Assembly: GCA_951406725.2 (NCBI GenBank)
Contig: OX597833.1
Coordinates: 71,796,001 to 71,860,000 of the forward strand
Length of the DNA stretch: 64,000 bases
Origin: Octopus vulgaris
Taxonomy: Eukaryota
Direction: 5' to 3'
The stretch's first letter is position 1; each line of letters opens with the position of its first letter. Positions 25,301-45,198 of the stretch are shown piece after piece. A model generated the notes under the pieces. That model was not told the origin of the DNA. It saw only the letters and a list, made by a program, of their open reading frames with translations, and ran no database searches. Both the position numbers and the translations under genes were made by a program.

Positions 25301-28300
25301 AGTCCAACTACTGTAGTCATAGACCAATCAAAGTCTTGAGTGGATTTGGTAGATGGAAACTGAAAGAAGCCTGTTGTATATGTGTGTTTGTGTCTCTATA
25401 TATATATGTATGTATGTACATACTGGTGCCTGTTGCCTTGTCTTCACATCACATGATAGTTGTAAATGAGTGTCACTGTCATACAAGCAGGGTCCTTTCC
25501 AGTTTCCTGTGGAAACATGTTTGGTGAAAGGGAAATATTACCTTCATTGGAAACAAGTAAGAGATGACAACAGGAACAAGATTTGGCTGTCAAAAATTCC
25601 GTCCGACCCATGCAAGCATGGAAAAGAGGATTTTGGAATAACGATGAGGATATTCTGAAGAAACTTGGTGATGGTCTGCAATGACAAATCATCATCATCA
25701 TCATCAATTGATGTCTGTTCTCCAGGCTGGCAAGGGTCAGATGGCTTAGCAGGAACTGTGAAGGCCAGAGGCTGCACCAGGTTCCATGGTCAGTTACTAT
25801 ACCTGGTTGCCCTTCCTAGATAGCACTAGCACCAGTGCATTTTACATGACACCTCGGTTTTAGGATCCCGATTCTGTTGTGGTGGGCAGGTCTTCATGTG
25901 GCATTGTGCCACATGGTCCTTTCTCATCTCCTTCGTAAGGCTCAGCCTTTTGAAGAAGGAAAAGTTCAGAGATATGAAATGAATTGATTTAGTGTTTGAA
26001 AGAGAGAGTTTCCCGAGTGAGAAGTGAAACGATGAAGAAATGGATTTTAGATTCAAAACTGTAATTAACAGCAGTCTGATGGGATGATGGGATTTTTATG
26101 GTTGGGGTTTTATTTGGTGGTGGAAGTCTGTTGAGGTTGAAGTAATCCATTCGTTGATTTATTGATGTTAAATTGCTTTCTGAGGTTGACTAATTGTTAA
26201 GAACCTGTGGATGACCAATTTGATAGCTTACTGGACAACAGATCAAAGGATCAGTGGGGCATGTCCACAGTCAATAACTGATTTCACTTCATTAAGAGTA
26301 GGTTGTTAATGAGGATGAGTAGCAATGATTAGGATACATTTATTTTATGTTTTTTGGGGTTTGTTTTCTAGAGTACCCCCCAACTGATGTAAACCTTGCC
26401 TGGGCAAAATGTGGACCCAATCCGGCAACTTATTCTCCAGCTCATCGTTTGTACAGGTAAATTCTTTTTTTTTTAAACACCTCAAATTACTTTCCTCTCT
26501 TGCTGTAATTTGATCCTATGTCAACAGCCAAAGTGGAATTTCTGATCTGAAGCCAAAGTGGAACACGCCGCTCCCACCACCACCAATAATCCTTTCTACT
26601 ATGGGAACAAGGCCTGAAATCTTGCGGGAGGGGACAAGTCAATTACATCGACCCCAGTGTTTCACTGGTACTTTATTTATCGACCCTGAAAGGATGAAAG
26701 GCAAAGTTGACATCGATGGAATTTAAACTCAGAACATAAAGGATGAAATGTGGCTCAGCATTTTGTCCTGCATGCTAATATCATCATCATCATCATCATC
26801 ATCTATGCTGACACCGGTTGGATAACAATAATAATTTCTTTCACTATTAATATCTTTATTTGTAGAATTATTGGCATTAGACTAATTTATATACATACAC
26901 CTGGCATCCAAAACAGACGTTGGAACTTGATGCTGTCCTCCAACTCATTTGCTGCTGTGGAACCATCCAACCCATGCCAGCATTAAATGATGAGAAAAGA
27001 GAATTTCATGTTCCCCTGTAGCATCCCCCTTCACTCTTAATGAAACACCCAGAACCTTTTCCTTTCTGCATAATTTAGACCTTGTCTTACTCTTGTCCCC
27101 ATCTTTCGCTTTTCACACCAATTGCTCTCGTCTGCTTTTAACAGTGGTAAACTTTCAATGGGTTTATCGGCGTTTCGCAATGCATCTAACACTACCTCAC
27201 CAGACAGTTCTACAAGTGGCAGCTCCTCAATGACCCCACAACGATCATCTCATGGCCACAGTACATCTACCTTAACACCTTCAGCTTCTCCAACACCTGG
27301 CAAGGTAAGTTAAACTTTGAAGTAATTAGATTCCCACCTGACTGGACAGGATATGTTGTCTCTAATTCAGTTGTTAATGAAGAAACAAACCTTGCTTATC
27401 GTCAAGAGGTGATGTAGTAAATTAAATTTTAATGACTTCAGATTGAAAACTGAATATTGTCATTAGATGATGCCAGGTTCAATCCTGCTGAGTGGCAGCT
27501 TAAGCAAGACATCATCTACCAAAAACCTGTGGATGGAATCTATTCAAAACTTATCAAATGAACTTACCAACATCTGTCCCTTGGCAGAAATTAATTTTTT
27601 TTAAAATCCATTCTGTTGCAATAATTTGGACCTGGTCCCTGACCTAAAAATAGTTTGTTATTTTAAGGTGCTTCTTTCTAGTTGCAACCCACCAGTCTTG
27701 CTGTCATATTCCCCTTTTTTTTATCAGTCTTGGAGACCCTTCAACAGATTTTGGGCATTGCTCTTTTTTTCTCTGACCAAATCCTAAAAACATTAAATCT
27801 TCAAACAAATCCCGTATTACTCCATGAATCCTGCTGAAACTTGCCGTCTGACTAACTTCCCAACTGTGACCCTGAGACTAAATCACGGATTTTGCAAACT
27901 GATCCGACAGGGGAAGAATATTTATCTTTGCCTGCTGATTCCTAATTCTGGATTTCCGTTCCACAAGAGCTGCTTCTCATTTCTTCTTTGACTGTTGACA
28001 AAATAACCACGGATTATATACGGGTCATATTATTCTGCCTCTGTCCCTCAACAACAAGAAATGGTTTATGACCATTCAAAAAGAGAAGAAAGTCACTGGC
28101 TTTTAGCAAAAGGGGTCAATATTATTGAAAAAGTGTAATTATCATCCTTATCATCGTACGTTGTTTTTTAAGGAAGAAAAGTATTTCAGATGTGACTCTA
28201 TTCATGAGAAAACAATGTTGTTAAGGGCAGGCCATGGCCCTATGAAAGAATTTTTTGTTTCATTTATTGTATCTAAAGGGGATAATTTTAGGGGCCAGGC

Positions 28301-31300
28301 AACTGATACACGAGTTCCCTGACTATGAAAGAACTCATTTATTTTGTGCATCGTTTTTTTTCTCTTCTGTTTGCAGACTGAAGAGGAGGTTTATTGTGAA
28401 GACAAGAAACAGATCGGATCGGAAGGTGAGGGATTTTGTTTCTGGGATTCTTTGATGTTGTGAGAAATCTGTTTTGATATGGTTTGACTGCAGCCATTAA
28501 AACAAAATTGTTGTTTGAGGGTTTGGTAGAAGAGGTAGAAGCAGAGGTTTGGCATCAAGGAGTGATCTAGAGAGTCAGGAATAGAGTTTCCATGATGAGG
28601 TGGGGAGGGAGGGGTCGAGATTGTTGTTTAAGCTCAAGACGACTTTCATCAACAGCAATCCTGATGTGACCATCTCATCTTTTTATATACCAAGGACTAC
28701 ACTGTCCAATGCATCTTTCCTATTTTATCAAAGTAGGATGTAATATAAACCAGCCGTATCTGACCCCAAAATATTCTCCCCGTTCTATGTTTAAACTGGT
28801 CGGATCTGGCCTCTCACACCTTCCCTACAATGCCATTCTAAAAAATTAAGTTATCTCAAAGCCACAACACAATGAGAATAAAAAAAAAGCATTTGGCAGA
28901 ATAATAATGTGAATGCGAAAGGGTTGACGGGTGAGTTTATTGGTTGGTCTGTGGGAAAGCATCAGAGACAGACCCCAGTGGTTGTTAAGTCTCAGATTCA
29001 CTTTCAACCCAGCAAACTATAACTAAGACACTGACTTAGCCTCAGATAATGAAACGGCAGCCGAAATATCCAAGAAGCAGAACAGAATGATGGCTTGCGG
29101 CAGGTTTTTATTTTTGTTTGTTGTTCTTGTTTTGTTTTGTTGCAAGAATCCTGCCATGGCTTGGATGAGAGACAGGAATATCCAAACGGAATGGATAAGA
29201 GATGCACAATTAGCTGTGTCTGCTTACTTTTTACTGATTACAAAACAGAATTAGGTTGCAAACAGAGAAAGAACATAAATCAACTTGGCAGAAAATCAAC
29301 AGAAGATGACGTATTAAACAGAAGGCTTATACATGTGTGTGTGTGTGTGTTTATATATATATATATATACACATGCACGTCTGTATATGAGATGTAATCC
29401 ACTGCAAACATTTAGGACAAGCATTGGAATTTAGATAAGATAGAAATGTGCCAAGAACACAGCAAGACAATGGATGTAGGTTATAATTGGCTGCTAAAAA
29501 AGATGGTTTGGTGAGTGGCTGCAGGTGATAAGGTATTTCTTTTCGTTAGTCTGTTTAATTAAAGCTCATCATCATCATTGTTGTTGTTTTCCATGCTAGC
29601 ATGGGTCAGACGCAATTCCTTGAGGCAGATCTCTTCAGACAGCCAAACTCCTCCTCTTCTTGCCAATCTTCACTTGTCTCCAAGCAAGGATTTACCCAAG
29701 AATGGAGATGTTTCCATGGAAGACTGGAAACCAATGACACTGCTTGTATGACAGTGACACTCGTTTACAGCTAGCATGTAATGTCAAGACAAGGAGGCAC
29801 GAATGTACAGACATATAAACATGAGGAGAAGCTTTGGTCAGCCCAAGACACTTGCCCAAGGTGTCACACAGTGGGACTGAACCCCAAACCATGTGGTTGG
29901 GAAACAGACTCCTTAACCACACAACCAACACCTTCACCCCAGGTATTATGGAATTGCTACAAGAATATTCATGTGCTTCTGTGTGTGTCTGTTAAGATTC
30001 AGACCAAAGTCTTGGAATCAAATTGAAATGGCTGTGGATTGGATTTAATATTTTACATCAGAATAAGCAAACAACAACAACTGTGTGGTTTGTTTTTCCA
30101 GATGACCAAATTGTTAGTTCAGTGCATTTCTGAAAGTGAAAGAAACAAGACATGGATTCAAAGAATCATGTATATATATATCATCATCATTTAGCATCCA
30201 TTATCCATGCTGGAAACTCTACCAGACTCCAGTCTGATTTGGCATGGTTTTCTACAGCTTGATGCCCTTCCTAATGCCAACCACTCCAAGAGTGTAATGA
30301 GTGCCAATTTGTGACATTGGTCTCTGCGATTTTGCTCAGCTTCACGGGCCTTCTTCTCAAGCGCAACATAATGCCAAAGGTCTTAGTTCTTGCCTTCATG
30401 AGGCCCAACACTCGAAAGGAACCCATCCACTTTGCCACTGTGAGGCTCAACGCTTGAAAGGTGTTCTTTATGTGCCACCAGCATATCATCAAAGGTCTCG
30501 ATAACTAGTCATTGCCTCTGTGAGGCTCAAAGATCATGCTTCACCACCTCATCCCATGTCTTCTGCCTCTACCACAGAAATCTGCACTTCTATACACCAG
30601 TCCTCATCCATATGCATCACACGACCATACCAGTCTCTCTTGCACACCACATCTGATGCCTAACTTTTCTCTCAAGATGCTTACACTCTGTTGTGTGTGC
30701 ACGCTGACATTGCACATCCAGCAAAGCATACCAGCTTAATTTCTTCCAAGCCTATGCATGTCCTTGGCTGTTATGGTCCATGTTTCTCTGCCACGTAGCA
30801 TACCGGCTTGTACACAGGCATCAAACAATCTGCCTTTCACTCTGAGAGAGAGACCCTTTGTTGCCAGCAGGGGTAGGAGCTCTCTGAACTTTGCCCATCC
30901 TATTCTTATTCTCACAGCTATGCTCTCAGATCATCCACCTCCGCTACTAACTTGGTCACCTAGGTAACAGATACGTTTAGCTTGCCCCCTCCCCCCCCTG
31001 CAGTTGGGGTTTTTTTTTCTGCACATTTTCAGCGTTTATTGTACTTGTACATCTTCTACATACAAAAGCATATATATACACACACAATCAGTTTGTGTGT
31101 ATGTATAGAAATAAAAAACAACCTGTATATATATATATTTTTGTGTGTGTATGTATGTATATATATATATATATATATCAAACTTGAAGAATTTTAAACA
31201 TTCTAATATTTTGGTTTCGTTGCTGCTTTAGATGAATTATCTGGAATACTCAAGAAATTATCTCTGGAAAGATACCATCCGATATTTGAAGAACAAGAGG

Positions 31301-33508
31301 TAATAAGCATTTTCTTGTAATGTTATGGTTGGCTTTTCACACGTTACGGTTCATAAGACAATTCCTACACTGCAATGTTAATGGTTTCTTGATTTTTAAA
31401 ATATTGAATTACATTTTATGCAAAATAAGACTCGTTTGCAGCAGACCAGTCATTGATTCACTGTATTTTGATGGCAAGAGTGACAAGGGATTGTCTGTGC
31501 AACACGGGGGGAACAAATATACAAAGCTTCTTTCTTTTGTTAAAGTCCTCGTTTACAAATTCCTTCAATGTTGTGCATCACTGCAAGATACTCAGTAACA
31601 AAAAGAAGAGTTTAGCAATCAAGTCCTGCACTGAGAGTTTTTCTTTGCCCTTAATCAAAGAGTGTTTTTTTTCTCTCTCTCTCACCAAACAGGTTGACAT
31701 GGAAGCATTTCTGACGCTCACCGACCGAGACCTGAAAGAGCTTGGAATCTCACACAACGAATCTCGAAGACAGATTCTAGCAGCAATCACAGAACTGGAA
31801 ACAGGAAAAGTAATTCCATTTCAATGTTTTCATCATCATCATTATATTCCCTGAAATATTAATTAATGACTTCTAATTAACAATGTCCGTAAACTCCTCT
31901 TAATGCCTTCACTCTCAGACAATTTTGAAAACAAAACTTAGTGTTGACATATTTAATGACGGGGCATTAAAAAACTAACTGGAAATAATTATGTGGTGAG
32001 GAAAAGACAATATTAGTCGTTGTTCTATGAATTGTTTTAGCAAGCATGGGAGACAACTCTGAACATAGTTCCATCTTGATATCTGTTTATGACCTCATCA
32101 ACTGAGAATACATTTTGTCGTATTTGTTGAAGTCTTGATTAGTGAATCATTAAAGGCACATCAATTAGTAGACACAAATTTAATTAATATGTATGTTAAT
32201 TGATGTAGAAAACTAGAATTATTTAGAGACTGAATGAATAATCTGAAACATTCCTTCTTTTAACCCTTTAGCATTCAAAAAAGGGCCCGGTGTGGCTCAA
32301 ATATCCCCCGTTTTATATTCAAGTAGGTCGGATCTGGTCCCTCATACCTATCCTACAATGTCATTCTCAAAGTATAGAATCACATCATCAAAACCAGAAA
32401 CCTCCCAGATAAGACCCAATTATTTAAACAATGAATAAATGAACAATACACTTGTCTGAATGCTAACGACTTAATTAACTCACCTTAATTCTAACGACAA
32501 TGGCAGTTTACCATAAGGGCATGGAGTTAAAAGCATCCTTTTATATAATTGCAGGGTCGTGAAAGACAACAATTCCGGGAGACTTTGACTTTGTTTCAAA
32601 AAGCTCAAAGCTTAACTGAAGGTAAGAAACTCGTTTATATTTTCACCGATTTTCAATGATTTGCTTTATTATTTCGTTAACCTCCAGCCCCAGCTCACCC
32701 CATCATTGATCCAAAATGACCAACCCTGCCTATTTTTAATGGAGAGGCAGTGACCGAGACCTTTGGCACTTTGCTGAAGGTCTCGGTTACTTTCAAACCA
32801 AGTGAAATCGTAGTCATGGCTGATGCCAGTGCTGCCTGACTGGCACCCACTACGGCTCTTGGAGTGGTTGGCATTGGAAAGGACATCTGCTAGCCATAGA
32901 AACCATGCCAAGTCAGATTGGAACCTGGTGCAGCTTTCAGCCAAACCGTCCAACCCGTGCCAGCATGGAAAGCAAATGTTAAAAAGACAATTATCACTTC
33001 CCCCTGCCTTATTATGCATCAACATCTACGCCGTGCTTTTAAAAAAATTTTTTCTAAAGATGGTAATCTGTGATTTGAGTAAGAACTGGCTGCTGTTACT
33101 TCTAGTAACTCCAGCTCTGAATGTTTTCACAATCCACGTCTTCATAAGAAAAGCATTGAGCCTCAAATGTTGATGTCTGACTTGTAACTCTGCACTTTAC
33201 AAGACATGGAATAAATTTTTAAAAATCCATTTGTAAAACAACAAATAGTAACAGGAAAAAGTTATAAAATTATAAATGGGGAAACTAGCACACACACACA
33301 CACAATGGAAGTTGCTTATTATAATCCCATGATTGCAAAGTTGGTGGGTTCCAAACTGTTTTTCTTTTTGTTAAATGTTATCAATCAGTTATTGCTGCTG
33401 TTTCAAGGTTTTTTGGCCCAGAGTGAATCAGAATAACTTTCACTCTCTCTAAATGTCAACTCGAAATCTAAAGATGTTTTTTTTTTCTCTCTTTTAGACT
33501 TGAACTAA
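12662..33508 (+). CDS. ANKS6: Ankyrin repeat and SAM domain-containing protein 6 (ANKS6/NPHP16/SamCystin), 17 exons, 845 aa
   Basis: Exons 12662-13361, 13955-13999, 14870-15077, 16479-16579, 18923-19034, 19958-19985, 21227-21331, 22570-22692, 22951-23118, 24669-25059, 26372-26456, 27145-27304, 28377-28425, 31232-31299, 31693-31809, 32555-32621 and 33498-33508 sum to 2538 nt, in frame, all GT-AG. Diagnostic ANKS6 motifs: [114 protein letters not shown]. Confidence 0.96.
13955..13999 (+). CDS. ANKS6: ANKS6 exon 2 ([16 protein letters not shown])
   Basis: ttttgcag acceptor, G|gtatgt donor, phase 1-1. Confidence 0.9.
14120..14410 (+). mobile_element. SINE / RTE-tail repeat
   Basis: Family motif and (GAT)n tail; similar copies at 10300-10490, 16705-17028, 22040-22196, 32810-32985, 43680-44052, 59945-60100 and 63470-63715. 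Confidence 0.8.
14870..15077 (+). CDS. ANKS6: ANKS6 exon 3 ([25 protein letters not shown])
   Basis: cctttttag acceptor, GG|gtaact donor. Confidence 0.95.
16479..16579 (+). CDS. ANKS6: ANKS6 exon 4 ([24 protein letters not shown])
   Basis: ttttccag acceptor, G|gttggt donor; matches human RAKNGYTAFDL. Confidence 0.9.
16705..17028 (+). mobile_element. SINE / RTE-tail repeat
   Basis: Near-identical to the copies at 9265 and 14120. Confidence 0.8.
17206..17415. repeat. 105-bp tandem duplication (2 copies)
   Basis: GATGATGG(T/C)TACAGTCATGGGGCTG.. starts at 17206 and again at 17311, near-identical. Confidence 0.9.
17500..17810 (+). mobile_element. RTE-clade LINE 3' fragment
   Basis: Degenerate ..[31 protein letters not shown]. 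Confidence 0.65.
18923..19034 (+). CDS. ANKS6: ANKS6 exon 5 ([16 protein letters not shown]..)
   Basis: gttttag acceptor, AG|gtcaga donor; matches human NDPDTELVRLLA. Confidence 0.88.
19958..19985 (+). CDS. ANKS6: ANKS6 exon 6, 28-nt microexon ([10 protein letters not shown])
   Basis: gtttcag acceptor, AGA|gtaagt donor; required to bridge phase 2 to phase 0. Confidence 0.82.
20340..20601. repeat. AT-rich dispersed repeat with internal 44-bp inverted repeat; second copy at ~43265-43505
   Basis: Arms 20449-20492 and 20558-20601 differ by one mismatch; the body is shared in reverse orientation with 43320-43505. Confidence 0.75.
21227..21331 (+). CDS. ANKS6: ANKS6 exon 7 ([15 protein letters not shown]..)
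   Basis: poly-Y plus ccccag acceptor, GAT|gtaagt donor. Confidence 0.93.
22570..22692 (+). CDS. ANKS6: ANKS6 exon 8
   Basis: gtttcag acceptor, CAG|gtgaga donor, open frame, phase 0-0. Confidence 0.8.
22951..23118 (+). CDS. ANKS6: ANKS6 exon 9 ([14 protein letters not shown])
   Basis: ttctgcag acceptor, ACA|gtaagt donor. Confidence 0.92.
24103..24493 (-). mobile_element. non-autonomous Helitron-like element
   Basis: On the minus strand: 5' TC(TC)n start, GC-rich subterminal hairpin CCCGAGCAACACTGGG, CTAG 3' end, inserted between A and T. Confidence 0.6.
24669..25059 (+). CDS. ANKS6: ANKS6 exon 10, Ser/Pro/Ala-rich linker
   Basis: gttgtag acceptor, G|gtgagt donor; contains ORF 24735..25076. 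Confidence 0.8.
26372..26456 (+). CDS. ANKS6: ANKS6 exon 11 ([28 protein letters not shown])
   Basis: ttttctag acceptor, AG|gtaaat donor, phase 1 to 2. Confidence 0.8.
27145..27304 (+). CDS. ANKS6: ANKS6 exon 12, Ser-rich ([15 protein letters not shown])
   Basis: ttttaacag acceptor, AAG|gtaagt donor. Confidence 0.88.
28377..28425 (+). CDS. ANKS6: ANKS6 exon 13 ([16 protein letters not shown])
   Basis: tttgcag acceptor, G|gtgagg donor, phase 0 to 1. Confidence 0.82.
30530..30975 (-). mobile_element. RTE-clade LINE fragment
   Basis: Minus strand reads ..[59 protein letters not shown]. Confidence 0.75.
31232..31299 (+). CDS. ANKS6: ANKS6 exon 14, start of SAM domain
   Basis: ctttag acceptor, GAG|gtaata donor; [23 protein letters not shown]. 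Confidence 0.95.
31693..31809 (+). CDS. ANKS6: ANKS6 exon 15, SAM domain
   Basis: aaacag acceptor, AAA|gtaatt donor; [19 protein letters not shown]. Confidence 0.95.
32260..32474. mobile_element. piggyBac-type (TTAA) MITE; diverged copy at ~28745-28926
   Basis: TTAA-CCCTTTAGCATTCA ... TGAATGCTAACGAC-TTAA imperfect terminal inverted repeats. Confidence 0.65.
32555..32621 (+). CDS. ANKS6: ANKS6 exon 16 ([22 protein letters not shown])
   Basis: ttgcag acceptor, G|gtaaga donor, ends in phase 1. Confidence 0.92.
33498..33508 (+). CDS. ANKS6: ANKS6 proximal terminal exon (DLN*)
   Basis: Strong poly-Y plus ttttag acceptor, TAA at 33506-33508, AATAAA at 34010 and 34105. Confidence 0.7.
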
Positions 33509-34239
33509 ACAGTATTGTGAAGAAAACTGCCCCATTATCAAGAATCTCAGGCGTTTCATTTGCAAAGTACTCACGTTAATGCTTTTGTCTGGAAAAGAAG
33601 TCACAAATTCAAGAGTTAATTATTTCCACGATTAACAGAAGCGATTAACATTTCAGTTTTCAAAATTTATCAAGATTTGAGATTATTTAAGAAAGAATAT
33701 CCTCTAACCTTAGCTCTTGGGTTCGTTATGTTAGAGTTGACCGACTGAAATATTCCTGTGATGGGAATTGGGCATCAGTTGGAACGCTTAAATGGGGGTT
33801 TCAAATTAACACTTAGAGGGGTCACATTTATGGAAGGCTGTAGAAGATGTGGCAGTTTTATATCCCAAAGAAACGGTCTCGGATCAAAAGGCACAAAAAT
33901 CAAAAGTAAAAAAAGAAAAACTTTCACACTTCATTCACAGGTTTTTTTCCTTCTTTTTTTGTAATATTCTTTATATTTCGGTAAATTGTTACCTTTCTGT
34001 GATTCAAACAATAAAAAAACAACTTTGTGCCAAAGATGAACTATTCTGGGAAACTCACCAGGATTTGCTCTGTTAATTAGCATTCAACTCTGATCAATTT
34101 TCTAAATAAACTTGTAAATTTATGCAAAACGTTAATTTTTCAAATTAATTTCTGTACTTCAGGTAATTCAAAAGTAATGTGTTTTTTTTTTTTTTTCAAA
34201 ACTTATGATATCAATAACTTTCAGTCTCTTGCCTAACTG

Positions 34240-34499
34240 AAAGTTACGGGGACGTAAACACACCATCATCGGTTGTCAAGAGATGTTGGGGGGGGGGGTG
34301 AGACACACACACACCAACACAGAAACATATACATACATAATCGCGCGCTCCTTTCAGTTTGTCTACCAAATCCACTCAAGCCTTTGGTCAGCCGGAGGCT
34401 ATGGTAGGAGGCACTTGCCCAGAGTGCAACGCAATGGGACTGAACCCAGAAACATATGTTTGGTAAGCAAGCTACTTAATACACAGCTACTCCTGCACT

Positions 34500-34500
<1 letters not shown>
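34240..34500 (-). mobile_element. tRNA-head SINE (GGCGCAGGAGTGGCTGTGTGGTAAG..ACCTTGGGCAAGTG family), diverged
   Basis: Reverse complement of the family head, abutting the microsatellite. Confidence 0.7.
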
Positions 34501-43200
<8,700 letters not shown>

Positions 43201-43679
43201 ATACCTGGGTAGCAAATTCACGTTAGAAAACACGGTTGAAGCAATTTCCTGTGTGGAAATTTGTTTGTCTTTTTTAAAAATAGCAGCCAAATAATCTTAG
43301 CTGTTTCTTATAGTAGAAGAAATAGCTAAGATTTTTTGGCTGCTATTTCCAAAAGTTCGGTGTGTAGTAAAGTAAATTATTTTACTGAACCCTAATTATA
43401 TAACGTAATGTTTTAAATATACCATAAATGGTCTTCTTACATACTGAACACTACTTGTTAAAATTAATTAACAATTAATTAATTTTACCCTTTTATTATT
43501 GATAATATAATTCTCTCTCCCTGATATTAAACTACAGTTCTCTCTGTAGGAATGTGTTACTCCATAACTCACGTGGGTTGAAGTGGGAGGAATGCAAAGC
43601 CTCATTTGTACTTATTGAATTCGTTAGTACTGGCGGTCGAAGATGGTTTGTCTGGGATTACTCATATCAGATGGGTATG

Positions 43680-44052
43680 TTCGATTTGGCTTCCGTACCG
43701 GTGGCACGTAAAAAGCACCATCCGATCGTGGCCGTTGTCAGCTTCGTCTGGTCTTTGTGCCGGTGGCACGTAAAAAGCACCATCCGACTGTGGCCGTTGC
43801 CAGCTTCGTCTGGTCTCTGTGCCGGTGGCACGTAAAAAGCACCATCCGATCGTGGCCGTTTGCCAACCTCGTCTGGCACGTAAAAAACATCCACTACACT
43901 CACGGAGTGGTTGGCATTAGGAAGTGCATCCAACTGTAGAAACTCTGCCAGATCAGACTGGGTCTGGTGCAGCCTTCTGGCTTCCCAGACCCTGGTCGAA
44001 CCGTCCAACCCATGCCAGCATGGAAAGCGGACGTTAAACAATGATGATGATG
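43680..44052 (+). mobile_element. SINE / RTE-tail repeat with ~3.5 internal 61-bp units
   Basis: Repeated GTGCCGGTGGCACGTAAAAAGCACCATCCGA; (GAT)n tail. Confidence 0.82.
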
Positions 44053-44333
44053 ATTTAAAAAACATTGCTTTTGAATTTCCAGGGAAAAACTGAAAAAACG
44101 ATTTTTTAAATATTAAGTTTCCTTCACTTTGTCATAATTTGTCTCAATCTCCATCATTTCCTAAACTCTTCAATGCCACCAAAATACAAAACATGATAGA
44201 AACCAAAGAAATAGTTTTGCACTATAAAACTACAGACCCCACCTCAAAGACCCCCTGTTTTTCATAATCTCTGCTGATTTCACAGCATATAACACAAGCT
44301 GAGCTAATCTCTAGAGTTTTCTTCCTTAAACAG

Positions 44334-44497
44334 CAGCCGCTGTGCTCCACGCGCGGGTCGAGGCTTCATGCCCTTCCATTTTGGTGACTCTGGATGACTG
44401 TCAGTACGATCGCTTCAGGCCAAGAGAAAAACCAACTGGAATCAGTCTCCATCAAGAAAGCTCTCAAATAGAAACCAACTTTGGATTTGCTAAATAA
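44334..44497 (+). CDS. candidate distal alternative last exon of ANKS6 (AAAVLHARVEASCPSILVTLDDCQYDRFRPREKPTGISLHQESSQIETNFGFAK*)
   Basis: Branch point CTAAT 44304-44308, poly-Y TTTTCTTCCTT, AAACAG|CAG acceptor. Only the phase-1 frame stays open (54 aa), matching the phase-1 donor of ANKS6 exon 16. No homology recognised. Confidence 0.4.
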
Positions 44498-44615
44498 CAT
44501 TGAAAGGCCACTTCCAATTGAATCAATGAAACTAGTTTACGAGAGAGAACTCTAGGGATTAGCTCATCCTGTAAGAAAGCGGATGTTAAACAACAAAGAT
44601 AATCTTCAATCACGA

Positions 44616-44792
44616 TTAACCTGTTTTGTTAAGAAATTTCTGTTGAAATTAATTTTGAAAATGAAGAATTTAGCAAAATGTGGTTAAGCTGATGTTTGGA
44701 ACAGAAACTGAAATTTGAATTTAGGTCCCTTTAAAACAGGGAGTTTGTATCATAAAAGCAATTTCAGGCAGCTCTGGTATCAGAACAATTAA
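44616..44792. mobile_element. diverged TTAA-type MITE (same family as 60857-62105)
   Basis: TTAACC.. start, shared GGAGTTTGTATCA and GGTATCA..TTAA end. Confidence 0.55.
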
Positions 44793-45060
44793 AGCGACTA
44801 AATTTATGCATCTCACCCAGACTCAAAATCCATTAGAAAATGCTAAGGCCCTTAACGTCCCCTGTAAATACAAACGGAGAAGGTTCTGTGAAGTTGTAAA
44901 AATACAGAAGGAAACATCGTGTGAAATTCTGTTAACATTTCTCAATTTTAATGAAACCAAGGATCTGAGAAATAGGATAAAATTAGTGGAAGCTGTGTAA
45001 TTCTTCCATGATTATGGATGATGATGATGGATTATGATTAAAAAGGGCTTTAAAAAGCCA

Positions 45061-45099
45061 CATACAGGAGAGAAACCATACGACTGTGACGTCAGTGGG
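45061..45099 (+). pseudogene. isolated C2H2 zinc-finger linker fragment (HTGEKPYDCDVSG)
   Basis: CAT ACA GGA GAG AAA CCA TAC GAC TGT GAC GTC AGT GGG; second Cys lost and no flanking finger. Confidence 0.55.
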
Positions 45100-45198
45100 G
45101 TCGTTAGTCGGGGCTGCAAGTGGTCGCTTTGTTCATTCCAGTTCACCACTGCAGCAGAAGAGGCAACAGGTGGCCTTGAATCAGAAAAGCATTGTTGT

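Noticed and set aside
43696-43895. Palindromic 61-bp direct repeats (GTGCCGGTGGCAC..) resembling a CRISPR array
   Set aside because: The spacers are not unique, the units are internal tandem repeats of a dispersed SINE present many times in the window, and the DNA is eukaryotic with no cas genes.
44300-44570. Telomerase RNA, RNase P/MRP, SRP, 7SK, HDV-like ribozyme or SECIS identity for the long-stem element next to NOP10
   Set aside because: There is no CUAACCCU template, no P4/CR-I/CR-V motifs and no SRP helix 8. The TGC-TCCACGC-GCG resembles an HDV L3 loop but lacks P1/P2. The AUGAAGCC..GGCUGC segment lacks the second GA of a SECIS core.
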